Assembly (NCBI GenBank): GCA_963836075.1
Contig: CAWIIB010000001.1
Location: 352,001 to 416,000 of the forward strand
Length of the DNA: 64,000 nt
Direction: 5' to 3'
Origin: an uncultured Acidobacteriota bacterium
GTDB lineage: Bacteria > Acidobacteriota > JAQAZP01
Shown here: positions 41,798 through 50,789 of the stretch, piece after piece
Numbering within the stretch: the first letter of the stretch is position 1
Layout of the letters: every line of letters starts with the position of its first letter
Notes under the pieces: model-generated
Told to the model about the DNA's origin: nothing
Databases searched by the model: none
What the model saw: the letters and a program-made list of their open reading frames with translations, nothing else
Program-made: the position numbers and the translations under genes

Positions 41798-43024
41798 ATG
41801 AACGAATCCGTGGCCGGCCGCCGATCGGTCCTGATCCACTACAGTGAAATCGGTCTCAAGGGTGGGAACCGGAAATTCTTCGAAAGGGTTTTCCGGGAAA
41901 ACCTGTTGCGCACCCTCGCCGGAACCGGCCATGGCGGGCTGGAGTGGCGCCGCGGCCGATTCGTGCTGCAGCTGCAGGGCGAATCCCTGGAGCAGGAGAT
42001 CCTGAGCCGCCTGGCGCGGGTCCCCGGCGTGGCCTATTACGCCCTGGCGGTCCACGTGGAACTTGATCAGGACCTGGCTGCGGTGACCCGGGCCGCAGTC
42101 CAGCTCTGCGTCGGCGACGACGTGCGCTCCTTCCGCATCGCCACCCGGCGGTCGGTGAAAAGCTTTCCGCGGACCTCCGCCGAGGTGAACGCCCTGGTTG
42201 GATCGGCGGTGGTGGCGGCCACCGGCTGGACGGTGAACCTGGGCGGGCCGGACCTGACCTGCCACGTCGAGCTGTTCGACCGCTGGGCGCTGCTCTACAC
42301 CAGCCGGCAGGAAGGCGTCCGCGGGCTGCCTGTGGGAACCAGCGGCAAGGCGGTGGCGCTGATCAGCGCCGGCATCGATTCTCCGGTGGCGGCCTACCGC
42401 ATGATCTGCCGCGGCTGCCGTGTCTTTTTCGTCCACTTTCACAGCATGCCCTACACCGGCCAGGAAAGCGTGGAACAGGCGGCCGGGCTGGTGCGCTGTC
42501 TCACCGACCTGCAGAACGGCGCCCGGCTGCACCTGGTCCCCTTTGCCGAGGTCCAGCAGCTGATCATCGCCTCCACCCCACCGGACCTCCGGGTCATTCT
42601 CTACCGCCGATCCATGCTGCGCATCGCTGAACGGGTGGCCCGGCACCACCGGGCCAAATGCCTGGTCACCGGCGAAAGCCTGGGCCAGGTGGCGTCCCAG
42701 ACGCTGGAAAACATCGCGGCCATCCAGGATGCCGTGCAACTGCCCATTCTTCGACCGCTGATCGGCCACGACAAGGAATCGATCATTCGCGAGGCGCGGG
42801 AGATCGGCACCTACGACCTCTCGGTGGAGCCCCACGACGACTGCTGCAGCTACCTGCTGCCCAAACGGGTGGAAACCAGGGCCGATGCGGAACGCGTGCG
42901 GGAGGCCGAAACGACGATCACCGATCAACTGCAGGAACAGGAGCGGGGAGCCCTGAAATCCGAGCAGCGGCGCACCATCGCACCGTCGTGGATCAGGACC
43001 GCAGACGAAACCGTGTCGTCTTGA
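41798..43024 (+). CDS. thiI: tRNA 4-thiouridine(8) synthase ThiI (no rhodanese domain)
   Basis: HYSEIGLKGGNR, THUMP domain, GLPVGTSGK, SAGIDSPVA, TGESLGQVASQT, RPLIG, DDCC. Confidence 0.95.
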   Translation: MNESVAGRRSVLIHYSEIGLKGGNRKFFERVFRENLLRTLAGTGHGGLEWRRGRFVLQLQGESLEQEILSRLARVPGVAYYALAVHVELDQDLAAVTRAAVQLCVGDDVRSFRIATRRSVKSFPRTSAEVNALVGSAVVAATGWTVNLGGPDLTCHVELFDRWALLYTSRQEGVRGLPVGTSGKAVALISAGIDSPVAAYRMICRGCRVFFVHFHSMPYTGQESVEQAAGLVRCLTDLQNGARLHLVPFAEVQQLIIASTPPDLRVILYRRSMLRIAERVARHHRAKCLVTGESLGQVASQTLENIAAIQDAVQLPILRPLIGHDKESIIREAREIGTYDLSVEPHDDCCSYLLPKRVETRADAERVREAETTITDQLQEQERGALKSEQRRTIAPSWIRTADETVSS

Positions 43025-43050
43025 CGAACCCGCGGGCTGAGGGCTATAGT
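43021..43050 (+). promoter_or_regulatory. Putative sigma70 promoter of the fabH-like gene
   Basis: TTGACG-18 nt-TATAGT. Confidence 0.55.
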
Positions 43051-43184
43051 GTTGCCGTTTCGGATTTGTTGAGGCTGAATTCCGTTATCTCGCGAATAAA
43101 ACATGGTTTATCTTTCGTGACAATTTCCGGGCCTCGACCCGCGAACAGAACGAATCAGCGCTTTCCCTGGAGGTCTCCAGCGTT

Positions 43185-44399
43185 ATGAAGGGCGTAAAAA
43201 TAACTGGTCTTGGCGTGTCCCTCCCCACCAGGGTTGTGGACAACAACGAGCTTGCCCTGGACCTGGAACGCCGCGGCAGGGAGATCAGGAGCGAGCACGA
43301 GCGCAAGAAACGGGCCTGGTCCGAAGCACTTGCCCTTCTGGACGGAGAAGCCGCGGAGCTGGCTCGGGAACAGCTGCAGCGTTCGGAAAAGGTGCTGCGG
43401 CAGTTCGAGAAGAATGCCGCGCAGTTCGAAACCTCGGACAAGTGGATTCTCAAGCGCACCGGTATTCGCAACCGTCATGTGGCCGCTGAAGGCCAAAACC
43501 TCTCCGACCTGGCCGTGGAGGCCTCGCACAACGCCCTGAAGATGGCCGGACACAGTCCCCAGGACATCGATTTCATCGTCCTGGGAACGGTCAGTTCCGA
43601 GAACTGGACCTCGCCGCCAACCGCCTCCCGGATCCAGGAGAAACTGGGGATCGAGGTCCACCGTGACCCGGGGCTGAAACAGGTGATGGTCTTCGACGTG
43701 GAAGCGGCCTGCTCGACCTTTCCCACCATACTGTGCCTCGGCTACAGCCTGGTGAGCAGCGGGGTGGCCGGCAGGGGGCTGGTGATCGGGGCCGACATCA
43801 TGACCCGGACCATGGACAGGAACAGCCGCAACACCTGCATCCTCTTTGGCGATGCCGCCTGCTGCATGGTGCTGGAGGCCTGCCCCCCGGATCAGGGCGA
43901 CTTCCTCGGGTCCGAAGGATTTTTCTTTGGCTCGGACGGCGCGCACGCGGACAAGATCGTTGTCCCGGCGGGGGGCTCTGCGGAGGATGTGACGGAAGAA
44001 ATCATCTGGAACCCGTTTGAACCGCGGAACAAGGTATTGATGAACGGCAGGGCGGTCTATGAGGATATCGTGCCCCTGGTGGCTAACCGGGTGATTCCCG
44101 AGACCGTGGCCAAGGCCGGCTTCTCCAGCAGCGACATCGACTTCATCGTGCTGCACCAGGCGAACATGAAGATGAACCAGGCGATCGAGAAAAGGCTGCA
44201 AAAGGCGGGATACCAGTCGATCATCTACCACGACATCGCCGACTATGCCAACACCACGTCGGCCACCCAGGGCCTGGCTCTCTACGACGCTCACCGGGAA
44301 GGGGTGCTCAAACCGGGGATGCTGGTCCTCGATTGCGCCTTTGGCGGGGGCTACACCTGGGGCTCGGCCCTTTTCCGCTGGCCTGACCTGCCCCGCTGA
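43185..44399 (+). CDS. fabH: 3-oxoacyl-ACP synthase III family protein with N-terminal helical insertion
   Basis: ETSDKWI..RTGI..R, catalytic AACS, LFGDAA, LHQAN, YANT, AFGGGYTWG. Confidence 0.85.
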   Translation: MKGVKITGLGVSLPTRVVDNNELALDLERRGREIRSEHERKKRAWSEALALLDGEAAELAREQLQRSEKVLRQFEKNAAQFETSDKWILKRTGIRNRHVAAEGQNLSDLAVEASHNALKMAGHSPQDIDFIVLGTVSSENWTSPPTASRIQEKLGIEVHRDPGLKQVMVFDVEAACSTFPTILCLGYSLVSSGVAGRGLVIGADIMTRTMDRNSRNTCILFGDAACCMVLEACPPDQGDFLGSEGFFFGSDGAHADKIVVPAGGSAEDVTEEIIWNPFEPRNKVLMNGRAVYEDIVPLVANRVIPETVAKAGFSSSDIDFIVLHQANMKMNQAIEKRLQKAGYQSIIYHDIADYANTTSATQGLALYDAHREGVLKPGMLVLDCAFGGGYTWGSALFRWPDLPR

Positions 44400-44413
44400 C
44401 GGCTGGCGGGCCC

Positions 44414-45175
44414 CTACTCTTCCTCTTCCACTGCCGGCTCTTCGGTATCCTCTGCTTTCACACTGAAGAAGACCAGGGTGGTGTCTCCGTAGCGTCTGGT
44501 ATCGGTCACCCTGAAGGGGTGCGGCAGGTCGCCGGGATCAAAATCGATACGTCGGGTGGGTCGCTCCATGATCACCAGCAGGTCGGGGTTTTTCTTGTGC
44601 CAGCGGGCCCGGGCCACGCCCTTGACCAGGTCGAGGTGGTTCTCGATGGCATAGGGCGGGTCGAGATAGATGATGTCCGGGGGCTCCATCTTGGACGTTT
44701 TGGCCTGGTCGCAAAAGTCGACGAACGGACCGGTCCAGATATCGAACTGGCTGGCAAAACCGCAGCCGGTGACGTTGGAGCGGATCACCAGTTCCACCTT
44801 GCGCGACGACTCGACGAACAGGATCCGTTTGGCCCCGCGGCTCAACGCCTCGATACCCATGGCCCCGGTGCCGGCAAATATATCGTAGAACATGGCCCCT
44901 TCGATCTGCGGACCGATGATGTCGAAGACAGCTTCCCGGACCTTCTCCGACGTGGGCCGCACCCCGAGACCCACCGGGGTCCTGATCATCCGGCCCCGTT
45001 TTTCACCGCCACAGATCTTTAACAGGTTCTGGTTTCCGCCGGACTGCGGCTGCTGGCCCCGCTGCGGATTCCCGGGCTTGTTTCCCCGTTGCCCGTTACC
45101 CGCGGCGTGGCTTTTTCCCCGATCCGGGCGCGTTGAGCGCCGCCGGCTTCTGCCGTCGTTCCTTCTGTTGTTCAT
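44414..45175 (-). CDS. rsmD: 16S rRNA m2G966 methyltransferase RsmD family
   Basis: KICGGEKRGR, VRPTSEKVREAVF, DIFAGTGAMGIEALSRGA, YLDPPY, RRYGDT. Confidence 0.92.
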   Translation of the reverse strand: MNNRRNDGRSRRRSTRPDRGKSHAAGNGQRGNKPGNPQRGQQPQSGGNQNLLKICGGEKRGRMIRTPVGLGVRPTSEKVREAVFDIIGPQIEGAMFYDIFAGTGAMGIEALSRGAKRILFVESSRKVELVIRSNVTGCGFASQFDIWTGPFVDFCDQAKTSKMEPPDIIYLDPPYAIENHLDLVKGVARARWHKKNPDLLVIMERPTRRIDFDPGDLPHPFRVTDTRRYGDTTLVFFSVKAEDTEEPAVEEEE

Positions 45176-45229
45176 CGTCCTCCAGCCTTTACCCGTCACC
45201 AGGATGGCTTGTGGTTGGATACCCGCTGA

Positions 45230-47317
45230 TCAGTCTGCTTCAAGTCCTGACTGCCGGAAGGCCGCGGCCCGGGCCATGGCCAGCAGCCGCCCCTCGTCCA
45301 CCGCCCGGGTTGCGCGGAATCCCGGGGCGCCGGCCTGGCGCTGCCCGGTCAACTCTCCGCCGCCGCGGAGCCGGAAATCTTCATCGGCAATGTGAAAACC
45401 GTCATCTGACGAGACGAGAACGGCCAGCCTGCCGGCGGCCTCACTCTTCGTATCGTCCATCGAGCGCAGGAGGATGAACTGTCCCGGCCATTTTCCGCGG
45501 CCGATCCTTCCCCGCAGCTGGTGCAGTTGTGAGAGGCCGAAGCGCTCCGGTTCGAGGACAATCATCACCGTGGCCCGGGGTACATCCAGCCCCACTTCCA
45601 CCACGGTGGTGGTCACCAGCACCCCGATGTCACCCCGCTGGAATCCGTCCATCACCTCCCGTGCTGCGTCCAGCGTCAAGCCGCCATGGAGCAACCCGGC
45701 GGAATAGCGGGCCAGACGCCCTGAGCGAAAGTTGCGATACACGGTTTCGGCGGCGCGTTTCTCCTGCCCCCCGCGGCCCTGAACCTTGGGGCAGACCACG
45801 AAGCCCTGGCGCCCGGCGATGAGTTCTTTCTCCAGCAGGTCCAAGGCCAGTGCGGCCTGGTCTCTCCGGAGACAACGTGTACTGACATCCCGCCGGCCCA
45901 GGGGTAGATCGCTGATCCGGGACAATTCCATGTCCCCGCAAAGGCGCAATCCCATGGTTCGCGGAATAGGCGTGGCCGAAATAACCAGCAGGTCGGGATT
46001 GGAGCCCTTGGATCGGAGCTGTTCCCGCTGTCCGACACCAAAACGCTGCTGTTCGTCCACCACGGCCAGGGAGAGATCGCGGAACACCAGTGCTGAAGAG
46101 AGCAGCGCGTGGGTCCCGATGGCGATCAGCGGCCCGTCGCCGGACAGCCGGGTTTTCAACTCCCGTCGCTCTCCGGCGGCACTGCCGCCAGTGACCAAGA
46201 TAATCCGTTCGGCCAGCCGGCGCAAGGGCTGATTCGCCCCCGCCGTCACCAGCAGCTTCTCCAGGCGGTGGAAATGCTGCCAGGCCAGGGCTTCGGTGGG
46301 AGCCATCAGTGCTGCCTGCCGGCCACTCAGGGAAGCGTGAAAAAGTGCGGCGTAGGCCACCACGGTCTTTCCGCAGCCCACTTCCCCCTGCAGCAGACGG
46401 CGCATGGGGTGCGGACGGCCCATGTCGACGACGATGTCATCGATGGCCGTCCGCTGTTCACCGGTGAGCCGGAAGCCGGTGAGTGCTTCCACCGCCTCCC
46501 GCAGGCCGGCGCTGTCCCCCAGTGGATGACTCCCCCGGGCCATCCGTTTTTTCCGGATGGCCAGACGACGGCGTTTCTTCTCGGCCAGCTGGCGCTGCTG
46601 GAGGTAGAGTTCCTCAAAAGCCAGCCCACGGTGCCAGATGGAACATCCGCTGTGCAGCCGGTCCGGATCCGCCCCCACCGGGGGGCAGTGAACACACCGC
46701 AACAGTTCGTCCCGGGTGGGAAAGCCGTGACTGCGGAGAGCCGGGGCCGCGGCCGTATCCTCGGCCCGGAACCCGGTCCCGTGATACAGCTGGTACAGGG
46801 CGGACCTGATGACCCGTGAACCGATGCCGCCCACCCGGCGGTACACCGGAACAAATCGTCCGAGGTGCGGTCCGGCGGACAGGCTGTGGCCCGGTTCACG
46901 GTCCTCTTCCAGTTCGGGGTTGTCGATCAACAGTCCACCCGAATCCGGGATGACTTGGCCAAAACAGTAGTACCATTTCTGCGGTTCAATGGTCCTGGCA
47001 CGGAACCGCTGGTTGAGCCAGCGCAGGGAGACCCCGCTGCCCTGCTCGTCCTCGGCGATGGCCAGCAGCCGGTGCAGCCGGCCTCCGTGTCCGGTGCGCC
47101 CCTGGCGAACGGATGTCACCCGGACCCGGAACAGGCGCTTGCCGCCACCGGCGGCGATGGGTGCCGCCGCCCGCTTGTCCTCGTAGCGCAGGGGCAGGTG
47201 GAAGAGGAGATCCTCCACACTGCCCAGCCCCGCCTCCAGCAGCGCCGCGGCCCGTTTCGGGCCCACCCCCGGAAGGCAGTCCAGCGGACTGTCCGCTCTT
47301 GTTTCCCCCCTGATCAC
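45230..47317 (-). CDS. recG: ATP-dependent DNA helicase RecG (divergent)
   Basis: LPGVGPKR, LPLRYED, MRRLLQGEVGCGKT, MAPTEALA, DEQQRFGV, SATPIPRT, ERFGLSQLHQLRGRIGRG, DGFHIADEDFRLRG. Confidence 0.9.
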   Translation of the reverse strand: MIRGETRADSPLDCLPGVGPKRAAALLEAGLGSVEDLLFHLPLRYEDKRAAAPIAAGGGKRLFRVRVTSVRQGRTGHGGRLHRLLAIAEDEQGSGVSLRWLNQRFRARTIEPQKWYYCFGQVIPDSGGLLIDNPELEEDREPGHSLSAGPHLGRFVPVYRRVGGIGSRVIRSALYQLYHGTGFRAEDTAAAPALRSHGFPTRDELLRCVHCPPVGADPDRLHSGCSIWHRGLAFEELYLQQRQLAEKKRRRLAIRKKRMARGSHPLGDSAGLREAVEALTGFRLTGEQRTAIDDIVVDMGRPHPMRRLLQGEVGCGKTVVAYAALFHASLSGRQAALMAPTEALAWQHFHRLEKLLVTAGANQPLRRLAERIILVTGGSAAGERRELKTRLSGDGPLIAIGTHALLSSALVFRDLSLAVVDEQQRFGVGQREQLRSKGSNPDLLVISATPIPRTMGLRLCGDMELSRISDLPLGRRDVSTRCLRRDQAALALDLLEKELIAGRQGFVVCPKVQGRGGQEKRAAETVYRNFRSGRLARYSAGLLHGGLTLDAAREVMDGFQRGDIGVLVTTTVVEVGLDVPRATVMIVLEPERFGLSQLHQLRGRIGRGKWPGQFILLRSMDDTKSEAAGRLAVLVSSDDGFHIADEDFRLRGGGELTGQRQAGAPGFRATRAVDEGRLLAMARAAAFRQSGLEAD

Positions 47318-47359
47318 TGTGCTACTTTTTCCTTTCGCTGTCACCGGAAAGGCGCTGCC

Positions 47360-47791
47360 ATGGACAATCGGGGAAAACGTTTGCTGCTGGTCACCGCTCT
47401 GGCGTATTTCTGTCTGCTCGCCGGCCCCATGGCCGGTGCCCAAACGGCTTCCTCTGCGGACCCCCGGTTGGGGATTGCCGTCTTTCCCGGGGCCGAACTG
47501 CTCACCCTGCATGGCCCGGTTCCGGAACTGGTTGATCTCCAGAGGCCCGGTTGGGAGTTCGTGGTTGCCGAGGTCACCGTGGCCGACTTCCTGGTTGACC
47601 GCCCGATAACCGAACTACGCCGCTTCTACAGCGCAATCTGCACCCGCGACCGGACACTGCTGCTGGTCAAAAAGGAAAGCCCGGACGACGAAATCGTCGC
47701 GGTGCGCCACGCCGGCCGACACCCGCTGCACCCCCGGAAACGATGGCTGCGCATCACCACCTACCGCCGTCAACCCGGCGGCTCACCGTGA
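47360..47791 (+). CDS. Hypothetical secreted protein
   Basis: Signal peptide (RGKRLLLVTALA...AGA-Q) followed by LGIAVFPGA; fills the gap between recG and the VWA gene. Confidence 0.6.
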   Translation: MDNRGKRLLLVTALAYFCLLAGPMAGAQTASSADPRLGIAVFPGAELLTLHGPVPELVDLQRPGWEFVVAEVTVADFLVDRPITELRRFYSAICTRDRTLLLVKKESPDDEIVAVRHAGRHPLHPRKRWLRITTYRRQPGGSP

Positions 47792-48988
47792 GGGTGAATA
47801 GCCCTTCTTGTGCCTGACGATGAGCTCGCGGTCCGGCACCTCCACCCTGATCGACCGCCAGGGCGTTTGTTCAGCTGTCCGCTCCGCTGCCGCGGGACGA
47901 TAGCAGAGGGTGTACTGGCTGCCCAGTTCCTCGAAGATGCTGCTGTAGGCACCGGCCAGATCGCGGATCGCCTCCAGATAAAAATACGCTCCGCCGGAGG
48001 TGTCGGCAATCCTCTCCAGCATGGCGCCGTCCACGTCCCGGCCCAGCCCGATGGTGTAGACGGTGATGTTGGCCCGCGACGCCGCGGAGATGGCCCGTTC
48101 CAGGCGACGCCGGGCTTCGGCCGGGCGGCGGTATTTCTCGTCCTGCCCGTCGGTGAAGAGGATGATCACCCTCTTGCCCCCGCTCTCGCGGAAGGCTCGT
48201 GCCGCACCGTAGAGCGCGTCGAACATGGCGGTGCCGCCGCCGGGGCCGAGCCCCTTCAGCGCCGCCTCAAGCAGTTGCTTGTCGCGGGTGAACTCGCAGT
48301 GGCGGACCAGGTCGTGGTCAAAAGTCATCACCGTGGCCACGTCCTCGACGGACAGCCGCTCGATGAGGCCCCAGGCCGCCTTGCGAATGTCGCGCACCTT
48401 GCCCCTCATGCTCTTGCTGGTATCGATGAGCAGCGCCACGCGCAGCGGAACCATTTCGTTGCTGAAGCAGGTCAGCTCCTGACGCACGCCGTCCTCGTAG
48501 ACCCGGAAGGCGTCAAGGTCCAGCCCGGTTTCGAAGTAGCCTTCGGGATGCAGGACCGTCACCGGCACAACCACCAGTGAAACCCTGTCACTGTAGGAGA
48601 CGGCCAGCCCCAGGGTGCGGAATTCCCCCGACCAGACCTGGCCGGTGTCGTTGGAAAAGGCGGTGGCCCTGATGCGGTGCGGGAGGACGTCGGGACCCAG
48701 ATCGATGGTCACCTGGTAGGGCGGAACATTGGTCCGGTGGACCAGCCGCCCGTCCAGATACCAGCTGACGCACGATATTCCTCGCACATCAAAATCCCCC
48801 AGCTGGAGGCTGAACGGGTTCCGTCCGCTGAGGTAGGGGTTTTCCGGCCCGAGGATCCTCAACGCCGGAGGGTCCGCATCCTGCTGCCCGGTGGCCGCAA
48901 CGGCGCAGGCCAGCAGCAAAAGCATACCGACCCCGAGGAACAGGTTCCTCTTCCACCAGTGCCGGTCAGCTTTGCGGCCCTTGTCCAT
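47783..48988 (-). CDS. Exported Ig-like + VWA domain protein (acidobacterial VWFA-type)
   Basis: Signal peptide, LVVVPVTV..F.VYEDG..Q, MIDAS DTSKSM, GGTAMFDA, FTDGQD, TIGLG, QYTLCY, C-terminal KGY. Confidence 0.88.
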   Translation of the reverse strand: MDKGRKADRHWWKRNLFLGVGMLLLLACAVAATGQQDADPPALRILGPENPYLSGRNPFSLQLGDFDVRGISCVSWYLDGRLVHRTNVPPYQVTIDLGPDVLPHRIRATAFSNDTGQVWSGEFRTLGLAVSYSDRVSLVVVPVTVLHPEGYFETGLDLDAFRVYEDGVRQELTCFSNEMVPLRVALLIDTSKSMRGKVRDIRKAAWGLIERLSVEDVATVMTFDHDLVRHCEFTRDKQLLEAALKGLGPGGGTAMFDALYGAARAFRESGGKRVIILFTDGQDEKYRRPAEARRRLERAISAASRANITVYTIGLGRDVDGAMLERIADTSGGAYFYLEAIRDLAGAYSSIFEELGSQYTLCYRPAAAERTAEQTPWRSIRVEVPDRELIVRHKKGYSPSR

Positions 48989-49643
48989 GAATCACCAGCC
49001 TGTTTTCTTCCATCACCGCATCGGCGATACCGGCGGGCAGGTCGAACTGCTGGACCAGAACAGAGTCCCGGCCGCCGGCCGTGCCGGCCACCCGCTGCAC
49101 CATCTCCAGCGGCAGCGTCAGCCCCAGCAGGGTCACCTCTTCAATGGTGAAGCGACCCAGGCCCTGGCGGGTCTCCAACCGTCCCCGGAAGCTGAACGGG
49201 ATATCCTGTCCCGTCAGACCTCTGAGCGATGCCGGCTGTTCCATCCCCATTTCCTGGAGATAGCTCTGAAGGTCCACCACTCCCTCCACCACGGCCCTGC
49301 CGTCCAGCAGGTTGATGCGCCAGGCCCGCACGCTGCGGGGAACCCGGGAGCCATATCGACCGTCGATGAACCGGCTCAATCCCGGCCCGTCCAAAGAATA
49401 TTCTCCCCGTGCCCCGCCGGCCAGGTAGCGTTCAAAACCTGCAGCGGCCCTGCGGGCTTCCAGGGCAGTGGCGCCCTGATCGACGGTGATGCTGTTCTGC
49501 AGGCGCCGGGCCCGTGCCGCCACCACCAGGTTCAGCACAACCAGCACCGTCACCACCAGGCCGGCGGCCACCAGCAGGGCCACCAGGAAACGCCGGGTGC
49601 GGCTGCGGCCGGGACGGCCTTTCTCTGTGCGGATAGCGGTCAC
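48966..49643 (-). CDS. Hypothetical membrane-anchored protein
   Basis: Single N-terminal TM helix, beta-rich body, GGAGG SD; 3' end overlaps the start of the VWA gene. Confidence 0.7.
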   Translation of the reverse strand: MTAIRTEKGRPGRSRTRRFLVALLVAAGLVVTVLVVLNLVVAARARRLQNSITVDQGATALEARRAAAGFERYLAGGARGEYSLDGPGLSRFIDGRYGSRVPRSVRAWRINLLDGRAVVEGVVDLQSYLQEMGMEQPASLRGLTGQDIPFSFRGRLETRQGLGRFTIEEVTLLGLTLPLEMVQRVAGTAGGRDSVLVQQFDLPAGIADAVMEENRLVIHGQGPQS

Positions 49644-49763
49644 CTTGCCTCCCGCCGGCTCAGTGCGTCTCCAGTAAAAGCATACCACGGGGGCGCAGCC
49701 CCGGAGCGGGCAGGGGCCTGCCGTCTCCCGGGGCCGGGGTGGGGATCGTCAGCACCGCGCGCT

Positions 49764-50180
49764 TCAGACGATCTCCAGGGAATTGAAGAAGTAGCCGATT
49801 TCGAAACGGGCCGTTTCCGGGGCGTCGGAGCCGTGGGTGGCGTTGTGCTCGATGTTGACGCCGAAGTCCCGGCGGATGGTCCCTTCGTCGGCCTTGGCCG
49901 GGTCGGTGGCTCCCATCACCGTGCGCCAGCGGGCGATGGCGCCCTCCCCTTCCAGCACCATGACCACCACCGGGCCGGAGGTCATATACGACACCAGGCT
50001 GTCGAAGAAGGGTCTCTCGGCGTGCACCTGGTAGAACCCGGCGGCGGCATTCCTGTCCAGTGCGATCATCCTCATGGCCACGGGTTTAAGACCGGCGTCT
50101 TCCAGCCGGTGGATGATCTGGCCGATCAGGTTTCGTTCCACAGCATCGGGCTTGATGATAGCAAGCGTTCTTTCCAGCAC
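49764..50180 (-). CDS. ndk: Nucleoside diphosphate kinase
   Basis: [33 protein letters not shown]; GGAGGAGG SD with GTG start. Confidence 0.98.
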   Translation of the reverse strand: MLERTLAIIKPDAVERNLIGQIIHRLEDAGLKPVAMRMIALDRNAAAGFYQVHAERPFFDSLVSYMTSGPVVVMVLEGEGAIARWRTVMGATDPAKADEGTIRRDFGVNIEHNATHGSDAPETARFEIGYFFNSLEIV

Positions 50181-50304
50181 CGCAACCTCCTCCAGGTCTT
50201 CGACCCCGGCCGGACGCCGCGGAACGGGCACCGGCCATTGATGTGAGACAAAAAACGTGTATAGCACAGCCCCGGCGGCAGAGTCAAAAATATTACGGCC
50301 CGTC

Positions 50305-50335
50305 AAAAAAAATCCCCCGGATGGTTCCGGGGGAT
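50305..50335 (-). terminator. Intrinsic terminator after trxA
   Basis: 10-bp stem ATCCCCCGGA/TCCGGGGGAT with an adjacent A run (U run on the minus strand). Confidence 0.88.
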
Positions 50336-50377
50336 CTCTGTACCGGGTATGCCGGACGGCACCCCGAGCACCAGCGG

Positions 50378-50701
50378 TCAGAGCATGGCGTCGACTTTTT
50401 CCACGATGGACTTTTTCGGAACGGCGCCCACCAGGCGGTCCGCCACCTCCCCGCCCTTGAAGAAGAGCAGGGTGGGAATGCTGCGCACGGCGTAGTTGGC
50501 CGCCGACCCCTGGTTGTTGTCCACGTCGAGCTTGCCCACCTTGACCCGGCCTTCGTATTCGCCGGCCAGCTCTTCAATGATCGGGGCGATCATCCGGCAG
50601 GGCCCGCACCATGCGGCGGTGCAGTCCACCACCACGGGAATATCGGAGGAAATTACCTCATCCTGGAAGTTTCCGTCAGTAAATTCGATGGCCTTTCCCA
50701 T
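50378..50701 (-). CDS. trxA: Thioredoxin
   Basis: WCGPC, KLDVD, VRSIPTL; AAGGAG SD. Confidence 0.97.
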   Translation of the reverse strand: MGKAIEFTDGNFQDEVISSDIPVVVDCTAAWCGPCRMIAPIIEELAGEYEGRVKVGKLDVDNNQGSAANYAVRSIPTLLFFKGGEVADRLVGAVPKKSIVEKVDAML

Positions 50702-50789
50702 CTGCTTCTCCTTTCGGCGCATGTTACAAACCGGCTTGCAGAGCGCAAATCCTAGCATAGCCCCCGAGGCGGTTCAAGACCGCAGACGT

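Noticed and set aside
43084-43125. AT-rich imperfect dyad upstream of the fabH-like gene
   Set aside because: It is too degenerate to call an operator or riboswitch from sequence alone.
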